A stretch of DNA of 64,000 bases from Eledone cirrhosa (GCA_964016885.1 OZ024743.1:105524001-105588000), one strand, 5' to 3'; shown: positions 1 to 12,271, counted from the stretch's first letter. Notes: generated from the sequence alone by a model not told the origin. Translations and numbers: made by a program.

Positions 1-794
1 TCTTCATATACATGGCAGTAAGCCCCCTACCCCCACCACCACCACGAGAGATGTTGGCAGGAGGGATGAAGAAACACACATACAGATACTTCTAAATGTC
101 AGCAGCAGCAAGACATAGGCTGACCACAACACCAACAACACTACCAAAATAAGGGTAGAGGTCAGATGTACTTAACAATAGCAAATACAAACACTACAGG
201 GAGCCTCACACCAGAGATAATTTCTATAGACTTTTGACTGAGGAATGCTCTCAAAACTGACCAATGGGAAGAGTGACCTTACAAATCTTTATAACATTGA
301 GATGGGTAAAACACACGCACATTTTATCTGATTATTTTATTTTATTTTGTTCCTTTACCATATATTTTTCCTTCTACCACTTTATCATTTTTTGAGCTGA
401 CTCCAACAACAACACCACTACCAACATAAGAGTAGAGGTCATATATACCTAACAATAACAAGAACAACCACTACAGATTGCCTTGCCTCAGAACGAATTT
501 CTATAGACTTTTGACTGAGGAATGTTCTAACAACTAACTAATGAGAGAAGAGGTTCTTTGATGCTGAAATTCGTTTGTTTAAATTCATATGATTTCAGTT
601 CCTCAGTGAAATAACAACCCAACCAGGAACTGGGCATATCAGAGTATTGACACAGATAAACACCTCAACAACATGTGTACTCGTCTGTACCACACTAATT
701 CGGACTGCCTGAAGAGGTCACAGCCAAAGATGGCTGTCACCGAAATATATATAGCAGTAATAAACGAAGCCAAATTTTAAACATTTGACTTATT

Positions 795-800
<6 letters not shown>
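1..800 (+). mobile_element. 3' end / pseudo-LTR of a Penelope-like element (left end outside window)
   Basis: Internal diverged tandem duplication (about 128-273 vs 404-552). Ends in a minimal hammerhead (704-758) followed by AATAAA, then runs into (TA)n. The 3' part recurs at 22764-22980. Confidence 0.65.
704..758 (+). ncRNA. Minimal type I hammerhead ribozyme
   Basis: ACTGC-CTGAAGA-GGTCACAGCC(aaagat)GGCTGTCACC-GAAA-TATATA-TA-GCAGT. Helix I is ACTGC/GCAGT, the core is intact and helix III is palindromic. Predicted cleavage is after A753. Confidence 0.85.
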
Positions 801-877
<77 letters not shown>

Positions 878-880
<3 letters not shown>

Positions 881-951
881 TGTTTCTACTTTAGGCACAA
901 GGCCAGTAATTATCCCAGTGTATTACTGGTACTTTATTTTATCGACCCCGT
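878..951 (-). mobile_element. Partial tRNA-derived SINE (3' half)
   Basis: Matches the 3' half of the SINE at 27191-27378 (aattgtttctactttaggcacaaggccag...tttattttatcgaccccgta). Confidence 0.8.
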
Positions 952-1024
952 ATATAAAAGGTAAACAGATATAACAACACAATCGGTAGTGATTAGGTTA
1001 ACGCTTGATAGATCAGGAAGAGGG

Positions 1025-1060
1025 TCTTAACCTTTCGGACGCTAGTCCTTCATCAGAAGA
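1025..1060 (-). ncRNA. Minimal hammerhead ribozyme motif in a PLE 3'-end fragment (about 952-1150)
   Basis: Reverse complement reads TCTT-CTGATGA-A-GGAC(tagc)GTCC-GAAA-GG-TT-AAGA. Helix I is TCTT/AAGA. Helix III is one change from the palindrome AACGTT. Confidence 0.7.
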
Positions 1061-1340
1061 AAGAATGAGAAATAAAATAGATTTAGGGGACTGGTGGTTA
1101 GAATTGGAAAAAATGTCTTTAGATGAAAATATCTGGTCCACGAAATAGGAAAAGAGTCATGACCCCAACGGCTGAGTTCCGGTCGTTTCGATAGCTAGAT
1201 CCGAACTACGCCACCAGTTATGGTGACTTAATTCGGATCAAGCTAAGTATTGAGTACTCTGGTGCGTTATGGTCCACCTGGTAAGTTATTATATCCTCTT
1301 TATTATATATATATATATATGTATATAATAATAATAATAA

Positions 1341-1404
<64 letters not shown>

Positions 1405-1423
1405 TGTTGTTGTTGTAGTAGTA

Positions 1424-1425
<2 letters not shown>
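1341..1425. repeat. (GTA)n/(GTT)n microsatellite flanked by (TA)n
   Basis: Direct reading. It explains the poly-V, poly-T and poly-Y ORFs. Confidence 0.95.
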
Positions 1426-1453
<28 letters not shown>

Positions 1454-1456
<3 letters not shown>

Positions 1457-2006
1457 AGAGTATTGAAGTTTGCTTGAAGTATTGTGGAATAATAAGATAT
1501 ATTTTCTTTTAGCCGTTTTGGAAGCCTCAACAATGCACATGGATAATTCTCCAGGTAACAGGATCCGGCGGTGAAGAGAGAGATGTAAGTGAATGTAGAA
1601 TGAGATGTATAGTGTGTAGAAGAACGTAGGAAAGAGCGTAAAAATAAAAATAACACGAGATACAGTTACCTTAGGAGATATTTAATTGTCCCTATATTTC
1701 GGATTCACATCCATCAACTGGGGGGTTTTCCGGGGGGAGGAGTGGGGTTTTATCTGTCGGAGAGGAGCGATACGTGTCCTCTGCTGTTCGTGGTTTTGAA
1801 TATCTGAGGTATTCAGCAGAGCGCGCGCGGAATAGGTTCGGTCAAGCAAAGATCGACGGCCGAAATAGTTCTTTTAATTGTGGGAGTGGGGTGGCGTTAG
1901 CTGTCAATCCATTGTATTATCTATCTGAGCTAGTTTCTGTATTAGCAGTGTTGTATAGTATATTCGTATGGTGGTGGTATTCGCCTGCCTGTTCGGTGAA
2001 TGCTAA

Positions 2007-2039
<33 letters not shown>

Positions 2040-2806
2040 TGTTGTCTCGCTTGTGTGTGCGCATGTTGATTTCTCGTTTGTTTAAACCACCCACCCCATT
2101 TCGCTCTCTCGGATCGGTTATTTTTTTGTGGCCCTAGGTGTTTGATCCAAAGTCCTTCCTTGATTCGTAACATGCCGACGTTGCGTTCTGTCGCTAGCAC
2201 TGTGACAATGGTCCTTCCGTCTTTGTTTCCGCATTTGGTTATGTGTTTCCGGAAAGACGCGGCCCTGGTGTTGATGTGCTCCTTGATCCGGATGTGTAGC
2301 GGCCGGATTGTGCTACCGATATAGTAGTGGTTGCACTTGTCACATTCTACTTTATACACGACGTATGTGCGTAGGCAACAGTTCGTATGGCGCATCGGGC
2401 AGTTTCTGAGGGAGCACGCGTCAGTCGATTTCCCGGGTTTCTTGGAGAAGCATCTTCGCAGGGAGGGGCCAGAGTGGGCCAGGTGGATGTCGAGGCCCTC
2501 CCTCCGTATATCCCTGCGGATAGCGTTGGTGGTATTCTCGCCCAGATGTGGTATTTTAAAGAAGCACTTGCCTTGGGTGTTTCTCTGCCTCTTGCGTCTG
2601 GTGTCTCTTATTCTGTTTGTAAACGACGCAGGGTACTCGTTCGTCTCCAGCACTTTGAAGAATCGCTTGGTATGGGTGACACCACTCGCGTATCGCTGCA
2701 TCTGTTGTTAATTCGCGTGATCTCGTTCGTGAGGTACCCTCTTTTAGCACTGTTAGGGAGGTCAGACTTGTAGTGGACGAACAAGTCCCTGCAGGCTGCC
2801 TTGCGG
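1454..2806 (-). mobile_element. Inverted 3' copy (thumb + GIY-YIG + pseudo-LTR) of the Naiad-like PLE
   Basis: Reverse complement of about 4310-5750. ORF 2003-2701(-) encodes an uninterrupted GIY-YIG region (CSLRNC...VVYKVECDKCNHYYIGSTIRPLHIRIKEH...EGLWIKHLGPQKN). Confidence 0.9.
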
Positions 2807-5745
2807 AAAAAAAACGGCTCAAGCGGAAATATGAGTGGATCTTGTCTAAACTCCACAATGAGAACACCGACACTAAAAAACAGACAGACCAGAACCACGT
2901 GGAAAACAACAACGTAACAAACGCCGCCACCCCATCCACTAACACCGAGCCACACCTCAACGATGCGATGCACCTGGTCACTGACCCAACCGGCACTCTC
3001 ACTAACGACGAGATGGAACTCCTATGCCTCGGACCCAAGTTCATCGTCTCACAACAACTTGACGACAGACTCAAACTCGACATCGAAGCCAACTTCTGTC
3101 GAGCCGCCTACCAACTTAAATGGGTGATCGCCATCAACAGCGCCACGGAAAATAACAGCGCCCACGCAACCCACCCCAAATTCCCCACTTACCACCTCTA
3201 CAACCCACTCTACTCCACCCCCCACCCACCAATCACGAAATCGACACTAAACTCAGCAGGTTAAACATTCCATCTCGGATATTCTACACAAACACACACA
3301 CACACGCACAACACACAACCTCACAAAATCTCAACTCACCACTCTCTCCAACCTAAAATCGAAGGACCTCATCTACCTCCCCTCCGACAAGGGAAAATAA
3401 TTCTGTGTCATCAGCAGAGAGGCCTACAACACCCTGGCCCTCCAACACCTTGATGATGACAACCTCTACTCCAAGGTCACGGGAATCACTCCCGCGTAGA
3501 TAGAGGAGCACACCAACGACGCCTTGACCAACATCTGTGACCGGCGGAAGCTCCAGAAGAAGCTGAGATACAACCTCTTCACGAGGAACAGCAGACTCCC
3601 CGCCTTCTACCACCTTGTGAAAATACACAAACAGGGAACCTACCTGAGGATCAGCCCCATGGTATCGAGCATGGAAGGACCGCTCTACAAAATCTCATGG
3701 CACCTAGCCAGAATACTTAAACCCATCCTAGACACCTTGCCAGGACGCGTAAAGGGCTCCGAGGTGTTGGAGCGCCTGCATCAAATGGATACCGATACCA
3801 GAAAGGCTAAAAAATAAGCCTTCAGCCTTGATGTAGTTGCTCTTTACACCTCGGTCCAGGCATCCGGGCCGTGGATATACTGATGGAACGCATCCAATCT
3901 ACCGACCTACACTGCTTCGGGCTCAACCCCACTGACATCCACTAACTCCTATCCACCGTCGTTGACAACACATACTTCGGATTTCTCGACAAAACATACC
4001 AGCAAACCTTGGGGCTGCCCATGGGCTCAAGCCTGTCGGGGATGCTAGCGATCTCATACATGGACAGCATCGAGCGTAAGGCACTCAACACCTGCCACCC
4101 CAACGGCGTCGCCTTTTTCTCAAGGTACGTGGACGATATCCTCATCCTCACATCTTCCCAGAAGATGGCGAACGGAATCTATGAGACGTTCAACAACACG
4201 GACGAGAACATTGATTTCAGTGTTGAACACCCCAGCGACGACGGGTCACTTGCCCTCCTCGACTTCCGAATCAACATCACGGAACAAGGAGTGATCCACA
4301 CCAACTTCTACCGCAAGGCAGTCTGCTGGGACTTGTTCGTCCACTACAAGTTCGCCCTCCCTAACAGTGCTAAAAGACGGTACGTCACGAACGAGATCAC
4401 GCGAATTAAAAACAGATGCAGCGATACCGCAAGTGGTGTCACCCATACCAAGCGATTCCTCAAGGTGCTGGAGACGAACGGGTACCCTGCCTCGCTCACA
4501 AACAGACTAAGAGACACCAGACGCAAGAGGCAGAGAAACACCCAAGGCAAGTGCTTCCTTAAAATACCACACCTGGGCGAGAATACCAACAACGCTATCC
4601 ACAGGGCTATACGGAGGGAGGGCCTCGACATCCACCTGGCCCAATCTGGCCCCTCCCTGCGAAGATGCCTCTCCAAGAAACTCGGGAAATCGACTGACGC
4701 GTGTTCTTTCAGAAACTGCCCGATGCGCCACACGAACTGTTGCCTACGCACATACGTCGTGTATAATGTAGAAATTGACAAGTCAAACCACTACTATATC
4801 GGTAGCACAATCCGGCCGGTACACATCCGGATCAAGGAGCACATCTAAACCAGGGCCTCGTCTTTCCGGAAACACATAACCAATTGCGGAAACAAAGATG
4901 GAAGGCCCATTCTCACAGTGCTAGCGACAGAACGCAACGTCGGCACGTTACGAATCAAGGAAGGAATTTGGATCAAACGCCTAGGGCCACAAATAAATAA
5001 CCGATCCGAGAGAAGCAAAATGAGATAGTTGGTTTAAACAAACGAGACAATAACACACGCACACACACAAGCGAGACAACAACACATGCATACACACAAG
5101 CGAGACAACAACACACGCACACACAGTAGCATTCCCGAAACAGGCAGACGAAATGAGGTGGTTGGTTTAAACAAACGAGAAAACACACACACACACACAC
5201 AAGCGAGACAACTACACACGCACACACGCACACACAGTAGCATTCACCAAACAAGCAGGCGAATACTACCACCATACGAATATACTATACAACACTGCTA
5301 ATAGAGAAACCAGCACAGATAGATAATACAATGCATTGACAGCTAACGCCACCCCACTCCCACAATTAAAAGAACCATTTCGGCCGTCGACATTTGCTTG
5401 ACCGAACTTACTCCGCGCGCGCGCGATCTGCTGAATACCTCAGATATTCAAAACAACGAACAGCAGAGGACACTATCGCTCCTCTCCGACAGATAACCCC
5501 CCCCCCCCCCCCTCCGGAAAACCTCCAGTTGATGGATGTGAATCCGAAATATAGGGACAATTAAATCTCTCCCGAGGTAACTGTATCTCGTGTTATTATT
5601 TTTATTTTTACGCTCTTTCCTACGTTCTTCTACACACTATACATCTCATTCTACATTCACTTACATCTCTCTCTTCACTACCGGATCTTGTTACCCGGAG
5701 AATTACCCATCTGCTTTGTTGAGGCTTCCAAAACGACCAAAAGAA

Positions 5746-5750
<5 letters not shown>
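2807..5750 (+). mobile_element. Penelope-like retroelement, Naiad-like, 5'-truncated; RT + GIY-YIG pseudogene with 3' pseudo-LTR
   Basis: Motifs LCLGPKF, YLPSDKG, RLPAFYHLVKIHK, FSLDVVALYT, GLPMGSSLSG, FSRYVDDI, LALLDF, NFYRK, then CxxxxC and YYIGSTIR..HIRIKEH. The reading frame is broken by stops and frameshifts. The clade call rests on the CxxxxC linker and the lack of a canonical hammerhead (inference). Confidence 0.9.
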
Positions 5751-5833
<83 letters not shown>

Positions 5834-5844
5834 ACATATATATA

Positions 5845-6132
5845 TATTCTTTTGGTCGTTTTGGAAGCCTCAACAATGCAGCTGGGTAATTCTCCGGGTA
5901 ACAAGATCCGGTGGTGAAGAGAGAGATATAAGTGAATGTAGAATGAGATGTATAGTGTGTAGAAGAACATAGAAAAGAGCGTAAAAATAAAAATAACATG
6001 AGATACAGTTACTTTGGGAGAGATTGAATTGTCCCTATATTTCGGATTCACATCCATCAACTGGGTGGTTTTCCGGGGGGAGGGAAGGTTATCTGTCGGA
6101 GAGGAGCGATACGTACCCTTTACTGTTCGTTG
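5845..6132 (-). mobile_element. Additional inverted pseudo-LTR fragment of the same PLE family
   Basis: Near-identical to 1500-1795 and the reverse complement of about 5455-5745. It is separated from the main element by (TA)n. Confidence 0.9.
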
Positions 6133-6271
6133 TTTCTTTCTACCTTGTCATATGTATTATAGAATATAATTATTGCCGTTTCCGTATATATATATATATA
6201 TACACGATGAATAAAATTACGGAAACTGCAATAATTATATTCTATAATACATATGACAAGGTAGAAAGAAA
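6133..6271. repeat. Short inverted repeat (fold-back)
   Basis: Arms tttctttctaccttgtcatatgtattatagaatataattattgc.gtttccgta and tacggaaac.gcaataattatattctataatacatatgacaaggtagaaagaaa. Confidence 0.85.
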
Positions 6272-6542
6272 GCACGTCACAAGCTAATTACTTACTTTAC
6301 TAATTAATAATTAGAATTGTAATTAATAATTTCATGTTCTGACTATTTTCTACTTTGTCACATATTTTACAAGTATAATTAATAGTGTCTCCGTAATATT
6401 ATCGTATCATTATGCTCTGGAATCTCATATTTTCCCATATAATTTCCATTGAGTTCCGATGGGACATCGAAATGGAGATATCGACATACGTATGGCACTT
6501 TAATGTGTAAGTATGTTTATATATGTAGTATGTATGTATGTT

Positions 6543-6953
6543 AGGTCGCTCTCGAGTGCTACTGGTAACATGTAATCTAGTACAACTTGTCTCATGGTCG
6601 CACTCTTCGGGATGAAATACAAGACCCGGCAAAGGGCCGAGGAACTCAACAGAATCAATGTTCATCCAAATAGCACTTTTCTTTCACCTGGGAGTGAAAG
6701 GCCCCCAATTGTTGTCACAACACCTTTCTAAGAGAGGGAAAATCTGAAAAAAAAATCTGCGTCTTCAGAAGCATGCGATGATGTTGACCAGTTCTACTTT
6801 CAGGTAGTGTTTTTGATGCTCAGCGAGTGGGATTGGTCAAGTGCAACGCTTTTCTCCACTTAAAAAAACCTTCAAAGCACAGGCATTGCTTGTTCAGGAT
6901 CTGTTATAATCTGACAAACGATTGGAATACTCTAAACAGATTTTGCAGCCATC
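6543..6953 (+). mobile_element. Non-autonomous RTE-derived element (5'UTR-like body + RTE-type 3' end) followed by (ATGT)n
   Basis: Homologous to 31407-31900, 42098-42703 and 44008-44195. Ends in gcagccatc(atgt)n like the RTE at 16937-16975. Confidence 0.7.
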
Positions 6954-8127
6954 ATGTATGTATGTATGTATGTATGTATGTATGTATGTATGTATGTATG
7001 TATGTATGTATGTATGTATGTATGTATGTATGTATATGTTTGTGGGTATGTGCATGTATCGATCTGTATGTTTTGAGTCATCTGTGCATATATACATATG
7101 TTTCTATATTTGTACCTGTGTATATGTGTTGTTATTACATATACCTATGTATTTATATATGGATCTATGTATGTAGTCGGTATCCCTAGGTGCCACAACA
7201 TCAACATCAACATTACTTCTAGTTGACAATGCAATTGTAGACAGAAATTGCTATCATTAAATACAAGCAGACCGGCAACCAACTTGGTCAATCTCTCTAA
7301 AGCAATTCTAAAATAAAACCTTTAGAACAACACTATAAAAATCAAGCACACCATATCTAGCACACCGTATCTAAAACATAAACATTGCTTGAAAATACAA
7401 ACACTGATAGTACCGACAGTACAATCACACTTCTAATGAAAACAACTATTAGATACAAAACTACCAGCAAAAAGTTGATTTTAAGGAATTTTCAGACCTG
7501 CACGAATTTTGGGGTATGCAACATGAGCCAGTGTGAAAAGCATTTATAGTAATGTGTCATATTTTATGAATGTTGAAAGACGTTAAACTATTCTCTACCA
7601 TGTAAGCGCATGTATTATTTGATACACAATATGAACTTCTAGACGAAAATAAATTTAGAGCTGCACATAATTAGGAGTTAAATAAAAAAAAACCCACCAT
7701 TATGCTGGTCTGTATCCATCCCTATAAATGTCTGTCGAACACTGCCTTGTTTCCTAAATATAGAAATGATTCATATTGACACTAAAATTCGATATACCAT
7801 AGTTTAAATTATTAGCTACTACAATAAACGATAGTAAATTATATGTGCTGCCATTTATTCAAAACATTCCTAGTTTCTAATCCTGGATCTATCAATGATT
7901 GACCGAGAACACGATAATAAAGAATGAAAAAAATATATTTCTGTAATGAATGCTGTATTAAGAACATCGCAGATCTCTCTCTCTTTCTCTCTCTCTCACC
8001 CTCTCTCTCTCTCACCCTCACTCTCTCTCTGTTTATTTAATAACTCTCACTCCTCTTTTATCGCTCTCTTTCCCTCTAATATATGTATGTATACATATAT
8101 AACTTTACACACACATACATACATACA

Positions 8128-8211
<84 letters not shown>

Positions 8212-9884
8212 TGTGTGTGTATGTATGATGTATCTACAAATATTGTTTATCTATGCGTGATATAATTTTACATATGTTATAGAATAAAGTGAAAGGATCT
8301 ATAAAATCAGATTATTCTTACAATTAAAAGACAAAATTGAGAGTCCCTTTGTGCTAAATCTAAAAAAAGCAAGCAAGATAAATAACTTCTATAATATCAC
8401 CATTTCAAATTTGGAAGCCAAATAAACACAATACGGTTTTGAATGTGTGTGTTGCCTTTCTAGATAAGTTTGAAAATAGATTATCATCTGACAGAGAAAA
8501 AGAAATCATGAGATTATTATAAAGTTGCGTATAAAAATAAAAACGGTTTTGAAATTGTAATTACTGTTAATAGTTATTGTGGCTTATAAAAGTATTTGTT
8601 GTAGTTTTTCATTGTTTAACATGTAATCAATTCCGATTTTATCATCATATTTTGCCCATAACTTCTGATCGAGTTGTAGGTGCGGAGTCCTGATAACGGC
8701 GGATCTTGTACATTTTAAACCTGGTAGAACCTTACTCTGTGCAAGTCTCTATAGAGGCAAATTGTTATGGAGAAATGTAAAGTGACAGAGAGGGGGGGGG
8801 GCAGTGAGACATAATGAGAGAGAGAGTGTGTGTGTGATAGAGAGGAAGTATGAAGGATATATGGATGAAGATTGCTATTTTATTAATCACCCTCGGAAGG
8901 ATGAAACGTAAAGCCGGCCTCGGCGTTATTTGAATCAGAGTGCGAAGCATTCTATCAGACGTCCCGATGACTTTACCAATTTGCTGCCTTTCTGAGTAAA
9001 TAGTAATAGCATAATCGACGTGGTTTAGCCACATCACCACCGCGCCCTATGCCTAGAGCCCATCAACTTTCCTCTCATTTTTCTGTGACCATAGGATCCT
9101 TGCTCTTCCCTTCCTTTTCCGTTTTTAAGTATGTTGTGTTGTTATTTGAAATAGATTTGTTTACGATTTTATTTCATTTTTTTTTAATTAATAAAACATC
9201 TTTTCTCTATTACATATTAAGGAATATGTTATCCTAATATTTATTTATTTTGAGACAGTCTTGTAGATGTTATTTCTATATGAAATAAATAAAAGATAAA
9301 TAGATAATATCTATATGCCTTTTGAAGCAGCAGAACATGTGGTGTGGCTGTTTTAATTTTCGTTGCTGGTAGTAGTGGTGATGTTATTGGGTTTTCAATG
9401 TTTAATTTTCTGTTCACCACTGAAAAAAACATGTATGCTGCAGCTCTTCTTTTTATCTCCACATGCATTCAATATTTTATCTAGGACTATATTAACGTCC
9501 TTGTTTAAGACGTTACGAGTGTATTTTCATGAGATTTGGCTGCTATTTCTAACAGAGAAGGTGACCACAGAAGTGTCCACACTTTCTAAATGATAAATGA
9601 TTTATTGCTGGTATTAGTGATGAATATGGAGAATATGTTGACAGTTTGGATACGTTCTGGTATTCTTGAGAAGATTTGTAATGTTTGCTTGCTATTAAAT
9701 GAAGTATCGATTGTATATAAGATTAAATTATTTTGTTTTCAAAGTTTTGTTGCTGATACCATGTCAGTACCGACCCATAAGGCCTTCGATGGCAGAAAAT
9801 ATTCTATGACAATTAAATCCTCTCATTGGCATTACTATTAAGAACTACATGCGTCTTTAATTCATTATGATATAACGGTAAGGG

Positions 9885-10085
9885 CAGGGCATATGTATCG
9901 GTAGAGTGTCGGATACGATGTTTGTAGTGTTTATTTACGACTATGTACGTCGAATTCCATCGAAATCAACTTTGTCTTTTATCAGTCCGGGGTCGGTAAA
10001 AGTAGTAGTTAAGTGCTGCGGTTGATATAATCAAGTTTCCTCTTCCCTCACATTTCTGGCCTTGTGCCTAAGCTAGAAAATATTC
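9885..10085 (+). mobile_element. Diverged tRNA-derived SINE copy
   Basis: tatcggtagagtgtcgga...ctttgtctttt...ggggtcggtaaaa...tggccttgtgcctaagctagaaa matches the SINE family. Other old copies lie at about 8870-9045(-), 11440-11662(-), 18895-19070, 19075-19285, 27805-27935, 28305-28503 and 32235-32400(-). Confidence 0.7.
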
Positions 10086-12271
10086 TTTAGATTAGCAGCA
10101 TTGTTAAAGCGTCGGAAAATATGTTGAAGCATTTACTTACGAATCGTTACGCTGAAATCTCACCTAGACCACATCATTGCTTTTCTTCCTCCCAAGATCG
10201 ATATAATATAGAACTAGCGAACTACTGCTCAGGAAATAAATGCACACTGTTGTTATTATCACATAATCCACATGACAGGTGCAATGTGTCCAAACACAGA
10301 AGAGCTAACTCCAACTGTCGTCACCTCCATCTCTCTCCCCCTCCCCATCTCTCTCTATTGTGAGCAAAGGGGGTCCCACGTGATGGCAGCTCCACAGCCC
10401 CGGCGGACAGAATGGAGAAGGCGTTTCCCAGGAGGATGGCAAGGGAGATGTGCTGGAAGAGCCATTCGAACTCGCGCGGCTCACACCTCCGGTTATGATG
10501 GTGAGTAGGGAGGTAGCCCTAGGTCAAGGACTCCAGAAGTCTCCACTGCCTAAGGAACGACCACAAACCTGTTGGAGAGCGACCGGTACTTGGAGAGATG
10601 CACAAATAACTGATTATTCTAAAGACACGTGTACCAATGACCTAGTTCTCAACGAGATTCATCGTTTCAGTGCGTTAAAGGCCAGCGATTTGAGTTAAAT
10701 GTAAAACAGATTTTTGCTAACTGTCCGGATTTAAACAACGTAGAATAAATTGCCTTACTCACGGACCCAACACCTCCCAGGAATAAAACTCATGACCTTT
10801 GGAGCATACGTTCAACAACCTAAAATCATTACATTTCAGAAATTGATTTAAAATTAATGTAGCTGAGTAGGATCAAAGGTTAACATTCTACACGGGCAGT
10901 TTGTGCAACAGAAATTATGTGGGAGGAAGAAGTGTGTAAACTATTAATTATGTGGGAGGGGGAAGTGTGTGAACAGTAATTATTTGGAGAGAATCCGTAT
11001 TGTCTGGCCGCCTATTCTTTATCTCTGTGGACGCAGAAGTTCGCTCACACACTCATTAAGTCCTGAGCTCAATTTCAATAATTGGTATTTTGAGCAAGTA
11101 TCATTTAATATAGTCTTAGGTTAATCAATGCTTTGTGAGGGGAATTGTGTAGTTGGAATTCGTGGGATAGACAGTATCTGTATTTCAACGAGCCAGATTT
11201 TTCGTAGAGAGAAAAATTGAAATTACGCCAGTTGATTTAGGTGCGTTGGGGATAACAGCGTTCGAAATAAAAAAAAAAAAACAAAGAGTATTGTGAAGTA
11301 TCGATGGCAAGCAAGAATAAGAAAAGTTCGAATTCCAAGAAAGATTCTTTAAATATAAGTGAAGAAGGCCCATCATTATTTACTCTAACTCACTTTCTTA
11401 CCAGAGCAATTGGCTACAGACATCGAAAACCACAATAGTGATTCTAGTTTAGGAACAAGGCACAAGGCTAGTACCTTGAAGAAAAGAGGAAAGTCAATTA
11501 AAGCGAACCAATTTAGTTACTGGTACTTTAATTTATTGACGGCGTAATGATGAAAGACAAAGCTAACATCGGCGGACTTTGAACTCAGAACGTAATGGGC
11601 CGTAACTATATGCCACAAAGCACGTTGTCTGACGCTTCACAGATACAGTAAATCCACCGCGCAACAATAATTTCTAGTTTTGACACAATGCCAATAATTT
11701 TCCACTGTGTCATGCTGAGTCTTCATAAGAATGACGTTAAAAGTACACGTGTTTGTGCAATACTTAGCCAATTGCACGTTATTTCAGAAACACGTTGTTC
11801 AGTTGATCAACTCGAACACTGATCTTCAAAACCAACATTGATCCATATTATATACCAAACAATTTGGGCATGTGTCCTTTCTCTCCTCCCTCACTCTCGA
11901 AAAACAAAAACAAAGACACTGTTATGCATGCATTGATTTAGAAATGTTGTAATGGGTGAACTACGTTAAATAGATCATATCCTGAACGACAATTTATTAT
12001 CATTATGATAGCAGTATTGCGATGAAAATGGCTGGTAAAATGAAATAGTTTATTGGAAGAGGTGGTGATCTTTGCAGATAACATGGTGTCATATCCACCT
12101 AACGTCAACACAGAGTTGATACACAACTGAAGGTATTTTACTTCATACGTACCGCTTTTTATTGAAAGAAATAAATATCTGCGTTCTAAATTTACATATC
12201 ACTAAATTTTTATTTTTTAATAGGAAAATCCCAATTTAGATATCTTTCTCTTTCAATCTCTCTCTCCATCC

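Noticed and set aside
2807-5000. Possible selenoprotein-encoding Naiad (in-frame UGA + SECIS)
   Set aside because: The premature stops I could place are TAA/TAG, the intact inverted GIY-YIG frame has no TGA, and I could not identify a SECIS by eye.
5577-5700. Possible intron in the pseudo-LTR (AG|GTAAC, pyrimidine-rich, first AG at 5699)
   Set aside because: The acceptor context is GGAG rather than YAG, and the strand is G-poor anyway. There is no transcript evidence.
10340-10590. GC-richer island with short ORFs, possibly an LTR-element fragment
   Set aside because: No recognisable protein motif, terminal repeat or second copy in the window.
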